Position numbers and translations under genes: made by a program
NCBI GenBank assembly: GCA_965287045.1
Contig: OZ336886.1
Coordinates: 38,998,001-39,062,000, forward strand
Length of the DNA: 64,000 nucleotides
Reading direction: 5' to 3'
Source: Carcharhinus amblyrhynchos
Taxonomy: Eukaryota
The notes under the pieces: model-generated
Seen by the model: only the letters and a program-made list of their open reading frames with translations
The model's database searches: none
What the model was told of the DNA's origin: nothing
Shown: piece by piece, positions 1 through 10,645 of the stretch
Layout of the letters: each line of letters starts with the position of its first letter
Numbering within the stretch: the first letter of the stretch is position 1

Positions 1-446
1 AGTGTGAGCAGCATGGGAGAAGAACATGAAACCAGTGTACAGCAATGTGAGAAGAGTACAACAAATTGAATATTCTGCCACGCAGCTAGAGCGTGATAAA
101 TCCACTCTGGGGCAGCGAAGAAGGAGAGAGGTGAACACAGTATGGATCACTGTGGGAGGAGAGTAAAGAATCCAGTGTGGACCAGTCCAGGCGGAGTGCA
201 GTGAACCCAGAGGAGTAGTGCACATGGATGGAGAACCCACTATGGAACAGTGTTGGATGTAAGCAGAGGTCTGTTTAGAAGGAAGTAGGAGAAGGAGGAA
301 TGGTGATCCCAATGTGGAGCAGTATGTGAGCTGAGTAACGATCCCAGTGAGGTGGCATGTGGATGCATGACAACAAAACCAGTGTTGAGCAGCACAGCAG
401 CAAGCCCAGGATGCAGCTGTGAAGGAGGAGCAACTAAACCGAGCAG
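1..446 (+). repeat. Minisatellite block S2 (3' part, cut by window start)
   Basis: Collinear with 6690-7132; CCAGTGTGGAGCAG-like cores about every 35 bp. Confidence 0.85.
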
Positions 447-1637
447 CAACTACAAGGGAAATTCAGGGAACAGCACCAACCCTTGTGTATGACAGTCTTT
501 CATCTTGCAAGAGCCGTCAACATTGTCAATCCTGAGGGAATATGGAGCACACTCCATTTCAGCTGCCCCAAATGTTTGTCACATTTCTCCAGCTGCTCCA
601 CAATGACGTGCAAGCCTTGATTCTGACCAATGGATCCACCACAGATCAAATTCGCTTTGGAAATGTGGTCGTGAAATCCTGCATCATCACACCAACGCTC
701 TTCTCAATTTTGCTTCATGCACTCTCTCATCTCACACTCTGCAACCTGCCACTGATTTATTGCTAAAATACAGAACAAACGACAATCTATTCAGTGACGC
801 ACACATGCAGGCCTGATCCAAAGTCGTCCTATCCTCCTGTCAGTCAACTTCGTATAGCAAATAATGATCACGACTGCGCAAAATTGGAGGCCAAGTTCCA
901 AACCATGGTCAACACCTTTTCCAAAATGTATGAGAGATGTACATAAATATGTTGTCGCCTGAGGAAGTGTTTGAAGATCAGGAACTCAGTCAAATACCAG
1001 GGCTCATGGTCCACAGTGCAGTAGTGTTACTGCCCATCTGTATGGCTCAGAAATGTTGATTTTGTACAGCAGGCACCTCAAAACCCTGGAGAAGCCGCAC
1101 CAGTGCTGCCTCTGGATGATCCTGAAAATCCATTGATAGCATAAACACACATCAACGCTCTTCTCAATATTGCCACTGGACAATGGTCTCACTCAGGCCA
1201 ATATCCCAGCACTGAAACATTGACCATGCTGAGTCAACTCTGCTGGGCACGCCATATCGCCAAATGTCTGACACGAGATACCCAAAGCATATGCTGTGCT
1301 TGGAGCGTCGATATTGCGAGCAAGTCCCATAGGAGCAGGAAGAATGCATCAATAACACCCTGAAAACGTCCTCAAAAGTTCGAACAACCCCACTGATAAC
1401 AGGGAATCCCTTGCACAAGACCATTTAAAATGGATGAAAAGCATTGAAAAGGAGTTGAACACCTTGATCTTCATTGCCAAGAGCAAGCGGAAGTCGAGCG
1501 GTGTCAGGAAAGGAGTGCATTGTGATCCACTCACTCACCCAATCCTCTATTCCATATCTGCCCCCTGTGATAGAAATTGTAGGCTATCGTTCGACTGTTC
1601 CGCCATCTGTGAAATTATTTTGAGTGTTGTAGTAAGT
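447..1637 (+). mobile_element. RTE-clade LINE ORF 3' fragment, type A (unit 1), inactive
   Basis: Frameshifted remnants (some from near-identical A copies): QLQ.K.REQHQPL, FVTFLQLLHNDVQALILTNGSTTD, CIITPTLFSILL, EVFEDQEL, MYSRHLKTLEK, LSQLCWARHI, PCDRNCR. These match RTE RT and C-terminal motifs. Confidence 0.85.
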
Positions 1638-2664
1638 GTGGAGAAGCACGGGGAGTGTTGCATACCCAGTGTGAAGAGGGCAGGAGACAGGTGGCAAACC
1701 CAGTATGAAGTAACACGGAATGAGGACGGAGATCCTAATGAGGAGCAGCAGCTGAGGAGAGTGTTTAACTAAGTATTGAGTGGATGGGGCTTTTATTGGT
1801 GAACTTGTATAATGCAACAGAGGACCCCAGAACTGATCCTAGAGTAGAAGAGTGTTTTAGTAAGGAGATGAATAGTGATCCCAGGGTAGAACAGCATGAG
1901 AGGATGGCAGCAAATGCAGTGTGGACAGTTTGAGAGGGGAGTGCTGAACCCAGTCTGGAGCAGTATGAGAGGAGAGAGTTGAATCCAGCGTTGAGCAGCA
2001 AAGTTGGCGAACCAAGTGTAGAACAATGTGTTATCAGGAAAGTGAAAGAAGTGTGGAGCAAGGCATCAGCAATCCGGTATGAAGCATCGCAGGAGCAGAG
2101 CGGTGGAGCCAGTACGACGTGACAGGGGAGAAGATCTGCAACTCTTTCTAATGTGATGTCGGATATAAACGACCAGCCTATTTTCGACTGGTGAAGCAGG
2201 ACAGCAATGAACCCAGTGTGAGCAGATAGGAAAAGAGCAACGAAACCAGTGCGGAGCAATGTGAGTAGAGCACTGTGAGTTGAATATGGTGCAGCACAGG
2301 AGAAGAGGAATAGTCTGGAATAATGGAAGAAGAGAGAAGCGAACACAGTGATCGTAGAAGAGCGAAGAAACCAGTGTGGCCCAGTGCAGGCAGAGTGCAG
2401 TAAACCCAGTCGAGCAGTGCGCAAGGATGTCAAGCCCAATGTGGAGCACCGCGGGAGGAGAGTGAAGATCTCAGTTGAGAAGAATGTGGGAGGAGGTGGT
2501 GGGGCAATCCCAGTGTGGAGCAGCGTGTGAGGAGAGTGGTGGAACCCATTGAGTAGCACAGGAGCAGAGGGCTGAACGGAGTATGGAGCCATTTGGATGC
2601 ATGACGATGAACCTAGTGTTGAGCAGTTCAGCAGGAAACCTGAGTTGGAGAAGCATGGGATGAG
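1638..2664 (+). repeat. Minisatellite block S1a (~31 degenerate units of 26-42 bp, mode about 35)
   Basis: Examples: ACCCAGTCTGGAGCAGTATGAGAGGAGAGAGTTGA, TCCCAGGGTAGAACAGCATGAGAGGATGGCAGCAA, TCCCAGTGTGGAGCAGCGTGTGAGGAGAGTGGTGGA. Confidence 0.88.
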
Positions 2665-3814
2665 CAACTACAAGAGAAATGCAGGGAAAGCATCAACAAC
2701 TTTACATGACCTTCTTTGATCTCAGAAGAGCCTTCAATATTGTGTATGCTGAGAGATTATGGGAAACTATCCCCTGTTGGCTGCCCCAATGATCACCATT
2801 CTCCACCTGCTTCACAATGACACGTAGGCCATGATCCTGACCAACGCATTCACCACAGATCCAATTCATTTTGGAAATGTAGTCATGAAATTCTGCATCA
2901 TCACACCAAGGCTCTTCTCAATTTTGCTTCGTGCAATGCTCTACCTCAAACTTAGAGCTAAATTACAGAACATACGACAATCTATTCAGCGATCGTAACG
3001 TGCAGGCCTGATCGAAAGTCGTCATATGCTCCTGTCAGTCAACTACGTATAGCAAATGATGATCGCGACTGTACAAAATTGGAGGCCATCTCCCAAACCA
3101 TGGTCAACACCTTCTTCAAGATGTACAAGACCATGAGCCTTACATTAAATATTCTGTCACCTGAGGAAGTGTTTGAGGATCAGGAACTCAGTCCCAGAAC
3201 TGGGCTTATGGTTCACAGTGCAGTAGTGTTACTGCCCATCTATACGGCTGAGAGGTGTTGATTATGTACAGCAGGCACCTCAAAACCCTGGAGAAGTAGC
3301 ACCAGCGCTGCCTCTGGATGATCCTGAAAATCCATTGGCAGCATAAACACATAATGTCAGTGGTCTCATTCAAGCCAATATCCCAGCGTTGAAGCATTGA
3401 CCATGCTGAGTCAACTCTGCTGGGCAGGCCAAACCGCCACATATCTGACACGAGTTACCCATAGCAAACGTTGTGTTTGGAGCTTTGATACTACAAGCAA
3501 GTCCCATTGGAGCAGGAATAATGCATCAGTAACACCCTGAAAATGTCATCAAAACTTCCAACAACCCCACTGATAGCAGAGAATCCCTTGCACAAGACCA
3601 CTTAAAATGGATGAAAGCACTGAAAAGGAGCTGAACACATTGATCTTCATCGCCGAGAACAAGCGGATATCGAGCAGTGTTTGGGAAAGGAGTGCATAGT
3701 GATCCCCTCACTCACCCACTCCTCTTTTCCATATCTGTCCGCCATGATAGAGATTGTAGGCTGTCATTAGACTGTTCCGCGATCTGTGAAATTATTTTGA
3801 GTGTTGTAGTAAGT
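2665..3814 (+). mobile_element. RTE LINE fragment type B (unit 2), inactive
   Basis: QLQEKCR..HQQLYMTFFDLRRAFNIV (RT motif A region), MKFCIITP.LFSILLRAML, MVNTFFKMYKTMSLTLNI, LSQLCWAG; multiple stops and frameshifts. Confidence 0.85.
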
Positions 3815-4844
3815 GTGGAGAAGCACGGGGAGTGTTGCATGCCCAGTGTGAAGAGGACAGGAGACAGGTGGCAAACCCAGTATGAAGTAACACGGAATGA
3901 GGACGGTGATCCTAATGAGGAGCAGGAGGAGAGGAGAGTGTTTAACTGAGTGTTGAGTGGAGTGGGGCGTTTATCGGTGAACTTGTATAATGCAACACAG
4001 GACCAGAGAACTGATCCTAGAGTACAACAGTGTTTTAGCAAGGAGATGAATACTGATCCCAGGTTAGAACAGCATGAGAGGATGGCAGCAAATGCAGTGT
4101 GGACAGTTTGAGAGGGGAGTGCTGAACCCAGTCTGGAGCAGTATGAGAGGAGACAGTTGAATCCAGTGTTGAGCAGCGAGGTTGGCAAACCAAGTGTAGA
4201 ACAATGTGTTATCAGGAAAGTGAAAGAAGTGTGGAGCAAGGCATCAGCAATCCGGTATGAAGCATCGCAGGAGCAGAGCGCTGGAGCCAGTGCGGCGTGA
4301 CAGGAGAGAAGATCTGCAAACTCTTTATAATACTATGGAGGACATAAACGACCAGCCTATTTTTGAGTGGTGAAGCAGGACAGCAATGAACCCAGTGCGA
4401 GCTGATAGGAGAAGAGCAATGAAACCAGTGCGAGCAATGTGAGAAGAGCACTGTGAGTTGAATATGGTGCAGCACAGGAAAAGAGGAATAGTCTGGAGCA
4501 ATGGAAGAAGAGAGAAGTGAACACAGTGATCGTGGGAGAAGAGTGAAGAAATCAGTGAGGCCCAGCGCAGGCAGAGTGTAGTGAACCCAGTCGAGCAATG
4601 CACAGGGATGTCAAACCCAGTGTAGAGCACTGCGGGAGGAGAGCGAAGATCTCAGTTTAGAAGAATGTGCGAGGAGGTAGTGGGACGATCCCAGTGTGGA
4701 GCAGCTGTGAGACGAGCGGTGGAACCCATTGAGTAGCACAGGAGCAGAGGGCTGATCCCAGCGTGGAGCCATTTGGATGCATGACGATGAACCGAGTGTT
4801 GAGCAGTTCAGCAGAAAACCTGAGTTGGAGAAGCATGGGACGAG
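3815..4844 (+). repeat. Minisatellite block S1b
   Basis: Collinear with 1638-2664; diagnostic GATCGTGGGAGAAG, GTGAGGCCCAG, GGTAGTGGG. Confidence 0.85.
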
Positions 4845-6130
4845 CAACTACAAGAGAAATGCAGGGAAAGCATCGACAATTTTACATGATCTTCTTTGAT
4901 CTCGGAAGAGTCTTCAACGTTGTCTGTGCTGAGATATTATGGGGAAGTATTTTCTATGTTGGCTGCCCCAGTGGTCACCATTCTCCACCTGCTTCACAAC
5001 GACACGTAGGCTGTAAAACTGACCAACGGATCCTCCACAAATCCAACTTATACCAATACTGTTCTCAATCTTGCTTCCAACATTGCACCATCTCACCCCC
5101 TGAAAGCTGCCAGTGAAATAGAGGTACATTACAGAACAAATAAGCATCTGTTCCGCATCCAATAGGTGCAGGCCGGATCCAGGGTCGTCCCATCTTCTCA
5201 TGCAACTGTATTTGGAAACGATGATTGTGCTTGCGCATTGGAGGCCAAGCTCCGAACCATGGTCAACACTTTCACCAAGATGTATGAGAGCGTGGGCCTT
5301 TCACTAAATATCCATAAGACAATGGTCCTCTTCCAACCTCCCTCATCATACAGAACTGATGCCACCAAAACCTGTCATCAAAATCAACAACATGTTCTTG
5401 GAAAATGTGGACTACGTTCCATAACGTGACAAGTCACAATGGCAGACAGCAACAAACTTCAACACTGTCTTCAGTGTGCCAACGCAGCCTTCTGTCACCT
5501 GAGGGTGTGTTTGAAGATCAGGAACTCAGACAAGCACAAAGCTCATAGTCTACAGGGTCCTCGTGTTACAACCCTCTGTATGGCTCAGAGACCTGGACTC
5601 TGTACAGCAGGCACCTCAAACCTGGAGAAATCCCTCCAGTGCTGCCACTGCAAGATCCTCCAAATCCATTGGCTGCAAAGGCACACAACGTCAGTGGTAT
5701 CGCTCAGATCAATCTCCTGAGCATCGAAGCACTGACCAGGCTGAGTCAGCTCTGCTGGGCTGGCCACATCACCACGTCAGACAGGACTCTCCCAAAGCAA
5801 TTGCTGTACTCACAGCTTTGATACAGCAAGCCCCAGGAGGGTAGAGAAAATGCATCAAGAACATCCTGAAAACTTCTTTAGAATTTACAACACTGCCACT
5901 GACCCCAAGGAATCCCATGCTCAAGACTGCTTGAAGTGGATGAAAAGCATCTGAGGAGGAGCTGAACACCTTGATCTTCTTCACTGAGAGCAAGCGGAAG
6001 CCAAGCTTCATCAGGAGAAGGAGCACGGAGCAACCCACGCACTCAGCAGGTACCCCTCCATAATAGAGATCGTAGGCTGTCATTAGACTGCTCCATCAAC
6101 TGTGAATTTATTTTAAGTGTTGTTGCAAGT
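4845..6130 (+). mobile_element. RTE LINE fragment type C (unit 3), inactive
   Basis: FYMIFFDLGRVFNVV (motif A); FGNDDCACALEAKLRTMVNTFTKMYESVGLSLNIHKTMVLFQP (degenerate YADD plus GL.LN..KT); LQHCLQCANAAF; YGSETWTLYSRHLK; SIEALTRLSQLCWAGHI; LPKQLLYSQL. Confidence 0.9.
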
Positions 6131-7132
6131 GTGGAGAAGTGCAGGTGGAGTGTGGCATTGCCCAGTGTGGAGCAGTGTGGAAGGGTGGCAAACCTTGTAT
6201 GTCTTAGTGTGGGATGAGGACAGTGATCCAAATGAAGAGCAGTGAGCTCAACTGACTGTTGATCAGAGTTGTGGGGGGCTGGTTAGTGGCAAACTTGTAT
6301 CACGCAACGTGTGTCCAGACAGCCGATCTCAGTGTACAATGGTGATTTTGTAAGGAGGTGAGTGATGAACCCAGGGTAGAATACCATAAGAGGATAGCGG
6401 CACAAGAGAAGAAGGAGGAAACCAGTATGCAGCAAAGCACGAGGACAGCACTCAACCTCTTGTGGAGCAGCACAAGAGGAGAGAGATGAATCCAGTGTGA
6501 AGCAGCAAGATTGGCAAACCAAGTGGAGAACAATGTGTTATCAGGAAGGCAAAAGCAGTCTGGAGCAGGTTGGGTGGAATCAGCAGTCCAATATGAAACA
6601 TTGCAGGAGCGGTGAACCTAGGATGCCAATGTGGAACATAAATGATGAGCCCAGTTTTGAGTGGTGCCCGAGAAGAGCAATGGATCCAGTGTGAGTAGAA
6701 TGGGAGAAGAACATGAAACCAGTGTACAGCAATGTGAGAAGAGTACAGCAAATTGAATATTGTGCCTCGCAGCTAGCGCGTGATAAATCCAGTCTGGGGC
6801 AGCGAAGGAGAAGAGAGGAGAACACAGTATGGATCATTGTGGGAGAAGAGTGAAGACTCCAGTGTGGACCAGTCCAGGCAGAGTGCAGTGAACCCAGAGG
6901 AGTAGTGCACATGGATGGAGAACCCACTCTGGAACAGTATCGGATGTGATAGAGGTCCCGTTTGGAAGGAAGTAGGAGAAGGAGAAATAGTGATCCCAAT
7001 GTGGAGCAGTATGTGAGCTGAGTAACGATCCCAGTGAGGGGGCACGTGGATGCACGACAACAAAAGCCGTGTTGAGCAGCACTGCAGCAAGTCCAGGATG
7101 CAGCTGTGAGGGAGGACAAATAAACCGAGCAG
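6131..7132 (+). repeat. Minisatellite block S2
   Basis: Unit-by-unit homologous to S1 but clearly diverged; begins GTGGAGAAGTGCAGGTGGAGTGTGGCATTGCCCAGTGTGGAGCAG. Confidence 0.88.
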
Positions 7133-8325
7133 CAACGACAAGGCAAATTCAGGGAACCGCACCAACCCTCGTGTATGACATTCTTTAATTGTGCAAGAGC
7201 CGTCAACATTGTCAATCCTGAGGGATTATGGCGCACACTCCATCTCAGCTGCCCCAAATGTTTGTCACATTTCTCCAGCTGCTCCACAATGACATGCAAG
7301 CCTTGATCCTGACCAATGGATCCACCACAGATCAAGTTCGCTTTGGAAATGTGGTCATGAAATTCTGCATCATCACACCAACGCTCTTCTCAATTTTGCT
7401 TCATGCACTCTCTGATCTGACACTCAGCAACCTGCCACTGGATTAGAGCTAAATTACAGAACAAACGACAATCTATTCAGTGATCCATACATGCAGGCCT
7501 GATCCAAAGTCGTCCTATCCTACTGTCAGTCAACTACGTATAGCAAAGAATGATCGCGACTGCGCAAAATTGGAGGCCACGCTCCAAACCATGGTCAACA
7601 CCTTTTCCAAAATGTACGAGAGATGTACATAAATATGCTGTCGCCTGAGGAAGTGTTTGAAGATCAGGAACTCAGTCAAATAACAGGGCTCATGGTCTAC
7701 AGTGCAGTAGTGTTACTGCCCATCTCTATGGCACAAATGTTGATTATGTACAGCAGGCACCTCAAAACCCTGGAGAAGTAGCACCAGTGCTGCCTCTGGA
7801 TGATCCTGAAAATCCATTGATAGCATAAACACACACCAACACTCTTCTCAATTTTGCCACTGGACAATGGTCGCATTCAAGCCAATATCCCAGCATTGAA
7901 GCATTGACCGTGCTGAGTCAACTCTGCTGGGCACACCATATGGCCAAATGTCTGACACGAGACACCCAGAGCAAATGCTGTACTTGAAGCTTCGATATTG
8001 CAAGCAAGTCCCATCGGAGCAGGAAAAATGCATCAATAACACCCTGAGAACGTCCTCAAAACTTAGAACAACCCCACTGATAGCAGGGAATCCCTTGCGC
8101 AAGACCATTTAAAATGGATGAAAAGCACTGAAAAGGAGCTGAGCACCTTGATCTTCATCGCCAAGAGCAAGCGGAAGTCGAGTAGTGTCAGGAAAGGAGT
8201 GCATACTGATCCACTCACTCAACCACTCCTCGATTCCATATCTGCCCCCCGTGATGGAAATTGTAGGCTATCATTCAACTGTTCTGCCCGCCATCTGTGA
8301 AATTATTTTGAGTGTTGTAGTCAGT
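7133..8325 (+). mobile_element. RTE LINE fragment type A (unit 4)
   Basis: Collinear with 447-1637. Confidence 0.85.
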
Positions 8326-9356
8326 GTGGAGAAGCACAGGGAGTGTTGCACGCCCAGAGTGAAGAGGGCAGGAGACAGGTGGCAAACCCAGTATGAAGTA
8401 ACACTGAATGAGGACGGAGATCCTAATGAGGAGCAGCAGCTGAGGAGACTGTCTAACCAAGTATTGAGTGGAGTGGGACGTTTATTGGTGAACTTGTATA
8501 ATGCAACATACGACCAGAGAACTGATCCTAGAGTAGAAGAGTGTTTTAGTAAGGAGATGAATAGTGATCCCAGGGTAGAACAGCATGAGAGGATGGCAGG
8601 AAATGCAGTGTGGAGCAGTTTGAGAGGGGAGTGCTGAACCCAGTCTGGAGCAGTATGAGAGGAGACAGTTGAATCCAGCGTTGAGCAGCAAGGTTGGCGA
8701 ACCAAGTGTAGAACAATGTGTTATCAGGAAAGTGAAAGAAGTGTGGAGCAAGGCATCAGCAATCCGGTATGAAGCATCGCAGGAGCAGAGCGATGGAGCC
8801 AGTACGGCGTGACAGGGGAGAAGATCTGCAACTCTTTCTAATGTGATGTCGGATATAAACGACCAGCCTATTTTCGAGTGGTGAAGCAGGACGGCAATGA
8901 ACCCAGTGTGAGCAGATAGGAGAAGAGCAATGAAACCAGTGCGGAGCAATGTGAGAAGAGTACTATGAGTTGAATATGGTGCAGCACAGGAGAAGAGGAA
9001 TAGTCTGGAGCAATGGAGGAAGAGAGAAGTGAACACAGTGATCGTGGGAGAAGAGCGAAGAAACCAGTGAGGCCCAGAGCAGGCAGAGTGTACTGAACCC
9101 AGTCGAGCAATGCACAGGGATGTCAAACCCAGTGTGGAGCGCCACGGGAGGAGAGTGAAGATCTCAGTTTAGAAGAATGTGCGAGGAGGTAGTGGGGCGA
9201 TCCCAGTGTGGAGCAGCTGTGAGAAGAGCAGTGGAACCCATTGAGTAGCACAGGAGCAGAGGGCTGATCCCAGTGTGGAGCCATTTAGATGCATGACGAT
9301 GAACCCAGTGTTGAGCAGTTCAGCAGGAAACCTGAGGCAGAGAAGCATGGGACGAG
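8326..9356 (+). repeat. Minisatellite block S1 (S1a/S1b chimera)
   Basis: S1a-like 5' part, S1b-like 3' part. Confidence 0.8.
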
Positions 9357-10645
9357 CAACTACAAGAGAAATGCAGGGAAAGCATCAACAATTTTACATG
9401 ATCTTCTTTGATCTCGGAAGAGTCTTCAACGTCGTCTGTGCTGAGAGATTATGGGGAACTATCCTCTGTGTTGGCTGCCCCAGTGATCACCATTCTCCAC
9501 CTGCTTCACAATGACACGTAGGCCATGAGCCTGACCAACGGATCCACCACAAATCCAATTTATACCAATACTGTTCTCAATCTTGCTTCCTACATTGCAC
9601 CATCTCAGCCCAGAAAGCTGCCAGTGAAATAGGGCTAAATTACAGATCATACAAGAATCTGTTCGGCATCCAATAGGTGCAGGCATGATCCAGGGTCGTC
9701 CCATCTTGTCATGGAACTGTATTTGGAAACGATGATTGTGCTTGTGCACAACTGGAGGCCAAGCTCCGAACCATGGTCAACACTTTCACCAAGATGTATG
9801 AGAGCGTGGGCCTTTCACTAAATATCCAGAAGACAATGGTCCTCTTCCAACCTCCCTCATCATACAGAACTGATGCCGCCAAAACCAGTCATCAAAATCA
9901 ACAACAAGCTCTTAGAAAATGTGGACTACATTCCATAACGTGAGACCTCACAATGGCAGACAACAACAAACTTCAACACTGTCTTCAGTGTGCCAACGCA
10001 GCCTTCTGTCACCTGAGGATGTGTTTGAAGATCAGGAACTCAGACAAGCACAAAGCTCATGGTCTACAGGGTCCTAGTGTTACAACCCTCTGTATGGCTC
10101 AGAGACGTGGACTCTGTGCAGCAGGCACCTCAAGCCCTGGAGAAATCCCTCCAGTGTTGCTACTGCGAGATCCTGCAAATCCATTGGGTGCAAAGGCACA
10201 CAACGTCAGTGGTATCGCTCAGATCAATCTCCTGACCATCGAAGCACTGACCAGGCTGAGTCAGCTCTGCTGGGCTGGCCACATCACCACATCAGACAGG
10301 AGTCTCCCAAAGCAATTGCTGTACTCAGAGCTTTGATACAGCAAGCTCCAGGAGTGTAGAGAAAATGCATCAAGAACATCCTGAAAACTTCTTCACAATT
10401 TACAACACTGCCACTGACCCCAAGGAATCCCATGCCCAAGACCGCTTGAAGTGGATGAAAAGCATCTGAGAAGGAGCTGAACACCTTGATCTTCATCACT
10501 GAGAGCAAGCGGAAGCCAAGCATCATCAGGAGAAGGAGCACGGAGCAACTCACGCACTCAGCCACAACCCCCCTGTAATCGAGATTGTATGCTGTCATTA
10601 GGCTGCTCCATCAGCTGTGAATTTATTTTAAGTGTTATCGCAAGT
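9357..10645 (+). mobile_element. RTE LINE fragment type C (unit 5)
   Basis: Collinear with 4845-6130. Confidence 0.87.

Noticed and set aside
2271-2372. V(D)J-like RSS pair: CACTGTG (2271) ... CACAGTG (2344) followed by GAAGAAACC
   Set aside because: The nonamer matches only 6/9 at a 13- or 16-bp spacer, the left heptamer has no nonamer and is TACTGTG in many copies, and no V or J exons are present.
2505-2525. C2H2 zinc-finger array suggested by repeated HTG (CACACTGGG on the minus strand)
   Set aside because: The period is about 35 bp rather than 84 bp, with no CxxC...HxxxH spacing or TGEKP linker.
1638-2664. CRISPR array with associated RT (RT-Cas1, retron, DGR or DRT-like system)
   Set aside because: The cores are short, highly degenerate and non-palindromic. 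The 'spacers' share a GA-rich consensus and are the same in every block. There are no cas or accessory genes, and the RT is a broken eukaryotic RTE LINE.
1765-2667. 300-aa minus-strand ORF (also 20763-21665 and the 251-aa ORFs at 6580, 25580, 32276, 52364)
   Set aside because: These are read-throughs of the stop-poor pyrimidine strand of the minisatellite. CSTLG, LLHTG and APHW are three frames of the same core, the 35-bp period is not a multiple of 3, and the frame is broken in most paralogous blocks.
6362-6660. C/D-box snoRNA cluster (GTGATGA at 6362, ATGATGA at 6642)
   Set aside because: There is no CTGA D box at a suitable distance and no terminal stem. The motifs are just the TGA-ACCC start of minisatellite units.
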